From the NCBI GenBank assembly GCA_964372145.1, contig CAYJPM010000001.1, forward strand, positions 4,104 to 53,906: a stretch of 49,803 nt of DNA, in the 5' to 3' direction. Below, piece after piece: positions 11,423 to 18,785 of the stretch. The DNA is from an uncultured Muribaculaceae bacterium. GTDB lineage: Bacteria; Bacillota_I; Bacilli_A; RF39; UBA660. The translations under genes were made by a program, and so were the position numbers. How positions within the stretch are numbered: the first letter of the stretch is position 1; each line of letters begins with the position of its first letter. Below the pieces are notes generated by a model, which had not been told where the DNA came from, did no database searches, and saw nothing but the letters and a program-made list of their open reading frames with translations.

Positions 11423-11849
11423 CTTCCACCTCAAATAAATGTTCAGCGATATCTTCCATAGCGTCCGCATTATCATTCATAAAATTTTCATAACTATCTT
11501 TAGCCCATATTTCTAATCTTTCACCAACACCTATTATTACACATGCCTTTTCTAAAGAAGCATAAGTAGCTTGAGTATCAGTTAAAACTATACGGCCAGA
11601 TTTATCAAAACTACAGTCATTAGCACCCGCAAAAAAAGTTCTTGTAAATGTTCTTGCATCTTTTTTTGTAAAAGGAAGAGTATTTATTTTACTTGTTAAT
11701 TTATTCCATTCATCTAATGAATATACATATAAACATTTTTCTAAACCTTTAGTAACAATAAAATCATTACCTAGTTTATCACGATATTTAGCTGGAATAA
11801 TAAGTCTTTTCTTTTCATCGATATTATGATGAAACTCTCCAATGAACAT
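11412..11849 (-). CDS. mraZ: Transcriptional regulator MraZ
   Basis: 145 aa starting MFIGEFHHNIDEKKRLIIPAKYR, with a second SpoVT/AbrB-like repeat (DKSGRIVL). First gene of the dcw cluster, with its operator immediately upstream. Confidence 0.9.
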   Translation of the reverse strand: MFIGEFHHNIDEKKRLIIPAKYRDKLGNDFIVTKGLEKCLYVYSLDEWNKLTSKINTLPFTKKDARTFTRTFFAGANDCSFDKSGRIVLTDTQATYASLEKACVIIGVGERLEIWAKDSYENFMNDNADAMEDIAEHLFEVEDAL

Positions 11850-11855
11850 TTAACT

Positions 11856-11882
11856 CCCCACTTTCCCCCACGGAATACCACT
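11856..11882 (-). promoter_or_regulatory. MraZ operator: three direct GTGG(G/T) repeats at exact 10-bp spacing
   Basis: The minus strand reads CAGTGGTATTCCGTGGGGGAAAGTGGGGAGTTAAATG. CAC triplets sit on the plus strand at 11859-61, 11869-71 and 11879-81. The last repeat overlaps the mraZ SD. Confidence 0.7.
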
Positions 11883-11902
11883 GTATGATATTATTCTAAT
11901 AT

Positions 11903-11939
11903 AAAACAAAAAAAAAGTAAATATAATATATTTACTTTT
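11903..11939 (-). terminator. Rho-independent terminator downstream of rpmF
   Basis: Perfect 12-bp stem AAAAGTAAATAT / ATATTTACTTTT (11913-11924 / 11928-11939) with a 3-nt loop, followed on the minus strand by a T-run. Confidence 0.7.
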
Positions 11940-11980
11940 CTTAATTAATAATAATACTTTACACTACTTTACAATAAAAA

Positions 11981-12172
11981 TTAATTAGTAGTTTCTTCAG
12001 TTACTTTAATAACTTCTTTACCATTGTAATTACCACACTTAGTACATGCTCTGTGAGGTCTTAAATTAGCACCACATTTGCTGCATGTAGTTATAGCACC
12101 TGCTTCTTTTTTTAAATGTGTTCTTCTCATTGCTTTTTTAGTTTTACTTGTTCTTCTAAATGGAACTGCCAT
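11981..12172 (-). CDS. rpmF: 50S ribosomal protein L32
   Basis: MAVPFRRTSKTKK... with a CxxC...CxxC zinc ribbon (CSKCG...CTKCG). Confidence 0.95.
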   Translation of the reverse strand: MAVPFRRTSKTKKAMRRTHLKKEAGAITTCSKCGANLRPHRACTKCGNYNGKEVIKVTEETTN

Positions 12173-12174
12173 TT

Positions 12175-12630
12175 TTATTCACCACCTTTAAATAGTTCTT
12201 GAAGTTTCTCTAGCCTAGGATCAATACTCTTTTCATCTAAAGAATCCTCAGTTAATATTTTCCATCCATTACCTTCTTTTTCTTCTAATTTTTTATTAGA
12301 TACACGAATGGGTACTTCCAGTACAATATTTTCCCACAAAATCTCATTAATATCAAGTATATTTTCATAATTTTCTAAAATTTCTTCAATATTTACATTA
12401 ATTTCATATAATACATCACTTAAATCAACTGCATCTTCAAGAATTAACTCAGCAATTAATTTACCAGTAATCTTAATTTCATCAGTAATTTCATAATATA
12501 TTTTTCCATCAAAATGAATATTGTTAATTTTTTTAATACCCACTTTTGCATAATCAACTTCATCAAATACAAAATTATCATTAATATTTATTTCTCTTTT
12601 AACATTTAATTCAGTTATATTTATTTTCAT
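12175..12630 (-). CDS. YceD/YlbN (DUF177) family protein
   Basis: Acidic 151-aa ORF immediately upstream of rpmF, which is the conserved gene pair. GGAG SD. Confidence 0.75.
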   Translation of the reverse strand: MKINITELNVKREININDNFVFDEVDYAKVGIKKINNIHFDGKIYYEITDEIKITGKLIAELILEDAVDLSDVLYEINVNIEEILENYENILDINEILWENIVLEVPIRVSNKKLEEKEGNGWKILTEDSLDEKSIDPRLEKLQELFKGGE

Positions 12631-12686
12631 AATAAACTCCTAACTAATAAAAATATAACACATTTTGTTATATTTTTAAAGTATTT

Positions 12687-13943
12687 CTATAAAGGACCTG
12701 TTATTCTAGCATAACCATTTCCGATATGACCTGTACCTAATCCATATAATTCACCACTTGGATTTGGCATCTGCACTTGTTCACCTTTAACATTTGTTCT
12801 AACAAAACCATTTCCATCAATCATTGTAGTATTAAAAAATATATAATCACTATAATGATATGAACAAGAAACATCAGATGTAGTATAAAGACATCCAGTT
12901 TTAGGTGATGAATCAACATCGGATATAACAGAAACACCACCAAGATGTCCTGATATATAAGATGATCCACCTCCACCTCCACCACTACTAGTAGGTGTTA
13001 CATGAGTACCGCCTCCGCCGCCATAATAGCCGCCTCCGCCTCCACCACAAATAGCAATTGCCGCTGAGCCTCCTACACCAAATGTACCACTAGTAACAGT
13101 AGTTGAATGCGTTCCACCAACACCAAAAGATCCACCAGAAGTAACAGTTGCATTATATCCATATAAACTAGCCTTAGACAAACCATCATTCATTCCACCA
13201 GCAGAACCTCTGTTAGAAATACCTCCTCCTCCTCCGCCCCCGGCGACCATTATTCTTGAATTTAACGAATTAATTTCTAATCTAACATCAGTAGCTCCAC
13301 CTCCGCCTGATGATCTTTGATCACTAGATGAACCTTTACCTCCACCATTATAAGCACCAACTGGAACCCAACCTCCATTAGTATTATTTCCATCAATTCC
13401 TTTACCACCAACATATATATATATAACACTATCTGCAGTTAATTCCACTGTACCGATAGTATAAGCACCATATCCCCCATATCCTAAGTATGAAAGAGCT
13501 AAAGTATTACCACCTTGAGCACCCCATAATTCTATTTTATATTTACCGTCTGCAGGAACAATAAATTCCTGATAACTTCCGGTATAACTAAAAACAACTT
13601 CATCAGGTTCTTTTATATCAAAATATACATAACATTTATCAGAACCACTAGTATCTAAATTCATTAGTCTATTATCATTATCCCAAGTTAAAACAGATTC
13701 ATTTATACAATAACTTTTTTCTGAATTATAAATATAAGATTTATCAGGAAAAGTAGAAATATCACTTTCTAAATAATTATCACCTGATACTTGAAGCATA
13801 ATAGAAAATACAGATTCATCTATCTCTTCGTTTGTAGTTTTATTTATATTTTGCACATAACTAAAATATACTAAAAACATAGCGCCTATTAAAAAAACAA
13901 AACTAAATATATATATGCATCTTTTCATTCTTAAACCTTTCAC
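12687..13943 (-). CDS. Glycine-rich-domain surface protein, paralog G6 (short form: TM anchor + one 2-Cys module + Gly-rich domain)
   Basis: Motif series FSYTGSYQEFIVPADGKYKIELWGAQGG, VIYIYVGGKG, GGGGATDVRL, SRIMVAGGGGGGG, GGGGGGYYGGGGG, GGSSYISGH, GTGHIGNGYARITGPL. The ORF-track start is a GTG; an ATG at 13928 has an AAAGG SD. Confidence 0.8.
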   Translation of the reverse strand: MKGLRMKRCIYIFSFVFLIGAMFLVYFSYVQNINKTTNEEIDESVFSIMLQVSGDNYLESDISTFPDKSYIYNSEKSYCINESVLTWDNDNRLMNLDTSGSDKCYVYFDIKEPDEVVFSYTGSYQEFIVPADGKYKIELWGAQGGNTLALSYLGYGGYGAYTIGTVELTADSVIYIYVGGKGIDGNNTNGGWVPVGAYNGGGKGSSSDQRSSGGGGATDVRLEINSLNSRIMVAGGGGGGGISNRGSAGGMNDGLSKASLYGYNATVTSGGSFGVGGTHSTTVTSGTFGVGGSAAIAICGGGGGGYYGGGGGTHVTPTSSGGGGGGSSYISGHLGGVSVISDVDSSPKTGCLYTTSDVSCSYHYSDYIFFNTTMIDGNGFVRTNVKGEQVQMPNPSGELYGLGTGHIGNGYARITGPL

Positions 13944-13964
13944 TAGTTATAAATATAATAAATT

Positions 13965-15251
13965 TTATAGAGGACCGCTTATTCTAGCATAACCATTACC
14001 AGAATGACCAGTACCTAAATCATATAATTCACCACTTGGATTTGGCATCTGCACTTGTTCACCTTTAACATTAGTCCAATTATAACCTGCTCCATCTATC
14101 ATAACAGTATTTGTAAATATACTATTAGAATAGTGAATGGAACAATCATTATCAGTAGTTCCAGTTGTACATCCAGTTTTTGGAGTTCGATCCGAATCAG
14201 ATGTTATAGCTACTGCTCCAGTATGTCCAGAGATATATGAAGAACCCGATGTTCCACTTGCATAATTAATTGAAGTAGTTCCAACAGTTACAGCTTGTCC
14301 GCCATAATATCCACCACCTGATCCACCAGAGTTTACATCACCACTAATATTAATTGCTACTGAAGGAGAACCATATCCAAATGCAAACCCACTTATTTGA
14401 GTAGGTGTAACAGATCCAGTATAAGCATATGCATATCCTATTAAACCACCACCATGATTTCCACCGGTATCATAATAAGGATGATTAATAGCATGGCCAG
14501 AACCTCCACCACCTGCAGCAACTAAAATTCTAGAATTTAATCCTGTCGTATCATTCCATGGACCAGACACCAATCTAAAATCGGTTGCACCACCACCTGG
14601 AAAACCTGACTCACCATCTACAGCAGTATTATCTACATCATACTTACCTGCGCCTCCACCATTAAATGCTGAAAGATAAGAAGCAGAAGTTGTTAAATTA
14701 GCAGAAGTAATATTCGATTTATTTTCACCGACATATATATATACAACATCATTTGCAAGAAGATCAATTTCACCCGAAACATAACTTCCTGATCCTCCAT
14801 ATAAAATATCACTTGAAACATAAAAATTAGAAGTACCACTCGCTCCCCAAGCTTCAAACTTATATAATCCATCACTTGGAACAACAAATTCTTGATAATC
14901 ACCCGTATATGCAAACTCATATAAAACAGCTTCTAATTTATCAAAATATAAATAGCAATTATCAGCTCCATCTGATTGAACAGTTATTGTTTTATTAATA
15001 TCATCCCATGTAATAGGAGAACCAAAAACACAATAACTTTCAACATCATTCAGAACATAACCACTTTGTGGAAAATCAGTTACATCACTTTTAACATATT
15101 CACCAGATTCATCTTCCAACATTATTGATAACATAGACATATCAACATCTTCAATATTTTTATCATAATTATTGTAATATACAAAAGTTATAAAACTAAA
15201 TATAAAAATAGTTAATACAACAAATACTACAATATTTCTTTTATTTTTCAT
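13965..15251 (-). CDS. Glycine-rich-domain surface protein, paralog G5 (short form)
   Basis: TM anchor, then the module SYCVFGSPITWDD...DNCYLYFD, then FAYTGDYQEFVVPSDGLYKFEAWGASG, VVYIYVGEN, GGGATDFRL, SRILVAAGGGGSG, GGSGGGYYGG, GSSYISGH and a C-terminal GTGHSGNGYARISGPL. Confidence 0.8.
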   Translation of the reverse strand: MKNKRNIVVFVVLTIFIFSFITFVYYNNYDKNIEDVDMSMLSIMLEDESGEYVKSDVTDFPQSGYVLNDVESYCVFGSPITWDDINKTITVQSDGADNCYLYFDKLEAVLYEFAYTGDYQEFVVPSDGLYKFEAWGASGTSNFYVSSDILYGGSGSYVSGEIDLLANDVVYIYVGENKSNITSANLTTSASYLSAFNGGGAGKYDVDNTAVDGESGFPGGGATDFRLVSGPWNDTTGLNSRILVAAGGGGSGHAINHPYYDTGGNHGGGLIGYAYAYTGSVTPTQISGFAFGYGSPSVAINISGDVNSGGSGGGYYGGQAVTVGTTSINYASGTSGSSYISGHTGAVAITSDSDRTPKTGCTTGTTDNDCSIHYSNSIFTNTVMIDGAGYNWTNVKGEQVQMPNPSGELYDLGTGHSGNGYARISGPL

Positions 15252-15307
15252 TTACATTAACAACCTTTCATTAGTCATAAATTTAATTTATATTTATGAC
15301 AACAATT

Positions 15308-16918
15308 CTATAGGGGACCCGTAATTTTAGCATGTCCGTTTCCAGTATGCATCACACCTAATTCATAAAACCCGCCAAGCGGATTAGGTATTGGAACTTG
15401 TTCACCTTTTACATTTGTCCAATTGTATCCAGCTCCATCTATCATAACAGTGTTAGTAAAAACATACCCTGAATAATGATATGAGCAGTTGATATTAGTA
15501 GTTCCAGTTGTACAACCTGATTTTGGAGCTTGATTAGAACTTGATGTTATAGCCACTGCTCCCATATGCCCAGAAATATATGATGAACCACCTGCGCCTG
15601 AACCAACTACATGTGCATTATTTGATGCTCCACCACCACCGTAGTAGCCGCCGCCGCCGCCGCTACCCCAAATTCCATTTACATTTCCACCTATACCAAA
15701 AGTACCACTATATCCAGTTAAAGCTCCTACTCCGCCTGTACCACCGGAAGTTTGGGTTCCACCTGTAGCCACTGTATACGGCGAACTATAAGGATTACTT
15801 TGATAATATCCACCGTTATACCCAATCAGACCTCCTGCTTGAGTACCAGTTAACCCCCCGGTACCGCCACCACCACCAGAAACCATAATTCTCGATCTTA
15901 AAGATGCAGTATTATTCCAAGTACCTTTAACAGTTCTTATATCGGTTGCTCCACCGCCACCGGTCCAAACAAAAACACCAGTATCGTCTGTAGCATAACC
16001 AGAAAGACCACCACCATTATAACCACCAGAATTTGGATCATATAAATAAGTTGTATTGTACCCACGTTCTCCAACATATATATATAACGTTTCATCTTGG
16101 TTCAACTCTATATACCCCATAGTATAAGCCCCTTTATACGCTCCCCATAATTCTATTTTATATACACCACTGTCTACAACAGTAAACTCTTGATAATCAC
16201 CAGTATAAACGTAATCATATTGCACAGCATTTACTATATCAAAATATGCTCTACACTCTGTTTTTCCTACTGCACTTGTTGTAAGTTTATTATTTATTTC
16301 ATCATATGTTATAAACGAATCACCTGTACATGTCGATTTTTCAATAATAAATTTATATTCTAAATTAATTATTGAATTTATAGTATAATCAGGAACCTCT
16401 TCATATTCACAAGTGCCACTTTTACAAGTTTCACCTATTTCTTTTAATACTGTTATTTTAATATCAGAATCTACAGTTAAATCAGCAGCATCGTAATAAA
16501 ATTCACAACGAGTTTTACCAGGTGAACTAACATCAAATGTATCATCAGAATTTCGTATAAATGTTGCTCCATTAGTACAAAATGTCTTTTCTGGTATATA
16601 AATATATTCTTTTTCTGGAGCATTCCAATATGCAGTGTACGCACCTGTACCTATACCATTTTCATCTCTATCCTCTACCATATATTTAATATTCAAATGA
16701 GGTGAAGAAAAAGATTCAACAGAACCTGTGAATAAATTACGACTTATTATATCACTGAAATACGCATAAGAAATATAAATTCCTATAGATACAATTCCAC
16801 ATATAATAAACATTATTAAAACAAAATTTTTATTATTTTTTACGTATGACAAAAACTTAAGATTAAAAATCTTAAGTTTATCTCTAAGTTGATGAAATAA
16901 TTTTTTAAAATATTTCAT
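15308..16918 (-). CDS. Glycine-rich-domain surface protein, paralog G4 (long form: shared 227-aa N-module + Gly-rich domain)
   Basis: The N-module ends ...KTECRAYFD and contains the AYFSD signal-peptide motif. It is followed by YVYTGDYQEFTVVDSGVYKIELWGA, LYIYVGERG, GGGGATDIRT, SRIMVSGGGGGTG, GSGGGGGYYGGGG, GGSSYISGH and HTGNGHAKITGPL. GGTGG SD before the ATG. Confidence 0.85.
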   Translation of the reverse strand: MKYFKKLFHQLRDKLKIFNLKFLSYVKNNKNFVLIMFIICGIVSIGIYISYAYFSDIISRNLFTGSVESFSSPHLNIKYMVEDRDENGIGTGAYTAYWNAPEKEYIYIPEKTFCTNGATFIRNSDDTFDVSSPGKTRCEFYYDAADLTVDSDIKITVLKEIGETCKSGTCEYEEVPDYTINSIINLEYKFIIEKSTCTGDSFITYDEINNKLTTSAVGKTECRAYFDIVNAVQYDYVYTGDYQEFTVVDSGVYKIELWGAYKGAYTMGYIELNQDETLYIYVGERGYNTTYLYDPNSGGYNGGGLSGYATDDTGVFVWTGGGGATDIRTVKGTWNNTASLRSRIMVSGGGGGTGGLTGTQAGGLIGYNGGYYQSNPYSSPYTVATGGTQTSGGTGGVGALTGYSGTFGIGGNVNGIWGSGGGGGYYGGGGASNNAHVVGSGAGGSSYISGHMGAVAITSSSNQAPKSGCTTGTTNINCSYHYSGYVFTNTVMIDGAGYNWTNVKGEQVPIPNPLGGFYELGVMHTGNGHAKITGPL

Positions 16919-16996
16919 ACTATAATTCCACCTATTTTAATTTTATATATAAATTATATATTTGTCAATAATTTAATTAACAGTTACATATATATA
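16238..16996 (-). repeat. Copy 3 of ~760-nt direct repeat (681-nt 5' coding module of G4 + SD + promoter + relic of pmbA 3' end)
   Basis: Alignable by eye at roughly 85-90% nt identity with 17983-18739 and 21276-22033. In all three copies the coding part is exactly 681 nt and ends at the GAT of ...CRAYFD. Confidence 0.8.
16940..16968 (-). promoter_or_regulatory. Sigma-A-type promoter of G4 (TTGACA-17 nt-TAAAAT)
   Basis: -35 TTGACA = plus 16963-16968. -10 TAAAAT = plus 16940-16945. GGTGG SD at 16928-16932 and ATG at 16916-16918. Confidence 0.55.
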
Positions 16997-17058
16997 TTTA
17001 TTTTTTATCTTTTTAACTGAAAAAATATTATAGTAGCAAATTCAATTACATTATCGTT

Positions 17059-18663
17059 TTATAACTCTAATCTAAATGGATCAGATACAGTACCAGAGCC
17101 ATCTTGATAATTCACATAATAATCTAAATAAAAAACAGGTCTAACTGCAAAACCTCTGTAAGCAGAATCATAACTAGGGTATCCAACATAACCTTTATTA
17201 ACAGCACCATATAAACCAGGAGTAAAAATAGCTGCCGAATTACTAGTATCAGCATTAATGGTACAATCACCAGAATTACCATAATCTCCTACATTATTCA
17301 TATAAAGCCAACTAGATTTATACACAGTTGTATTTTGTGAAAAACTGTTACTTATAGTTCCAGAATCATTATAATATCCCCAATATATTTGATTAGAAGC
17401 ATAAAAATAATCACTTATATTCATCAATGCAACATTATATTTTTGTTTTGAAACTGTAGCTATTTCATAATTGTAAAAACTTTTAGCAACATTAGTACTT
17501 TTCTCTGTAATTAAACCTATATTATAATGCATTGGTTCAATCATACTTCTATAATTTTCATTAAATGAATTATAATAAGTTGTATTTAAATAAATATTAA
17601 CATCCGCATCATCTGTAGTTATTGACGTATTTGTACCCTCCCATTTATTACTATGACCTGAATCATATAAAAAATGATCAGTATGATTGTACTGTGTTTC
17701 ATATGGATTATAACTAACATTATATATACCATCTTTATTTTTATCTACAGGATGGGCTTTAATTAATTTTACATAACCATCATATATACCTACAACTCTA
17801 AACAAATTTTCTTTAGGACATGAACTTGCATCGCTACCAAAACATACCCAATTATTAGGGTTATTTCCACTAAAACGATAATTATTATCACCTGCACTAG
17901 TAGTAATATCAGATGTATGTTGAATTAAGCCAGCAGACTCATCATAATTTTCTAATATATATTCAGAAAAGGGATCTACATTATCAAAATATGCTCTACA
18001 TTCTGTTTTACCAATCGCACTAGTAACAAGTTGCTTATTTATTTCATCAAATGTTATAGATGAACCACCTGTGCATGTTGATTTTTCAATAATAAATTTA
18101 AATTCTGAATTTAAGAGAGCAGCTATAGTATAATCCGGAACAACTTCATATTCACAAGTTCCACTTTTACAAGATTCATCTTTTTCCTTTAATACTGTTA
18201 TTTTAATATCAGCATCTGTAGTTAAATCAGCAGCATCATAATAAAATTCACATCTAGTTTTACCAGGTGAACTTACGTCAAATGTATCATCAGAATTTCT
18301 CAGAAAAGTTGCTCCATTGGTACAAAAAGACATTTCAGGTATATAAATATAATCCTTTTCTGGAGCATTCCAATATGCAGTATACGTACCTATACCTACG
18401 CCACTCTCATCTCTATCTTCAACCATGTATTTTATATTTAAATGAGGTGAAGAAAATGATTCAACAGAACCTGTGAATAAATTGCGACTTATTATATCAC
18501 TAAAATATGCATATGAAATATAAATACCAATCGATAAAATTCCACATATAATAAGCACAATTAAAACAAAATTTTTATTATTTTTTATGTATGACAAAAA
18601 CTTAAGATTAAAAATCTTAAGTTTATCTCTAAGTTGATGAAATAATTTTTCAAAACATTTCAT
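17059..18663 (-). CDS. Surface protein paralog G3: shared 227-aa N-module fused to a different, non-glycine-rich C-terminal domain
   Basis: About 85% aa identity to G4 and G1 by eye up to ...KTECRAYFD, then an unrelated 307-aa tail (NNYRFSGNNPNNWVCFG...LFRVVGIYDGYVKLIK...AVRPVFYLD). The ORF-track GTG at 18675 lies inside the AGGTGG SD; the ATG is at 18663. Confidence 0.8.
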   Translation of the reverse strand: MKCFEKLFHQLRDKLKIFNLKFLSYIKNNKNFVLIVLIICGILSIGIYISYAYFSDIISRNLFTGSVESFSSPHLNIKYMVEDRDESGVGIGTYTAYWNAPEKDYIYIPEMSFCTNGATFLRNSDDTFDVSSPGKTRCEFYYDAADLTTDADIKITVLKEKDESCKSGTCEYEVVPDYTIAALLNSEFKFIIEKSTCTGGSSITFDEINKQLVTSAIGKTECRAYFDNVDPFSEYILENYDESAGLIQHTSDITTSAGDNNYRFSGNNPNNWVCFGSDASSCPKENLFRVVGIYDGYVKLIKAHPVDKNKDGIYNVSYNPYETQYNHTDHFLYDSGHSNKWEGTNTSITTDDADVNIYLNTTYYNSFNENYRSMIEPMHYNIGLITEKSTNVAKSFYNYEIATVSKQKYNVALMNISDYFYASNQIYWGYYNDSGTISNSFSQNTTVYKSSWLYMNNVGDYGNSGDCTINADTSNSAAIFTPGLYGAVNKGYVGYPSYDSAYRGFAVRPVFYLDYYVNYQDGSGTVSDPFRLEL

Positions 18664-18739
18664 ACTATATTCCACCTATTATAATTTTATATATATATTA
18701 TATATTTGTCAATAATTTGATTAATGATTATACATATAT
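17983..18739 (-). repeat. Copy 2 of ~760-nt direct repeat (5' module of G3 + promoter region)
   Basis: Same reasoning as copy 3. The upstream part CATACTATATTCCACCTATTATAATTTTATATATA...TTGTCAATAATTTGATTAA is shared. Confidence 0.8.
18684..18712 (-). promoter_or_regulatory. Sigma-A-type promoter of G3 (TTGACA-17 nt-TAAAAT)
   Basis: -35 at 18707-18712 and -10 at 18684-18689, with AGGTGG SD at 18672-18677. Geometry is identical to the G4 and G1 copies. Confidence 0.55.
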
Positions 18740-18785
18740 TTATATTAAACAATAATTAAAAAATACAGTAATAATTTGTCAATTA

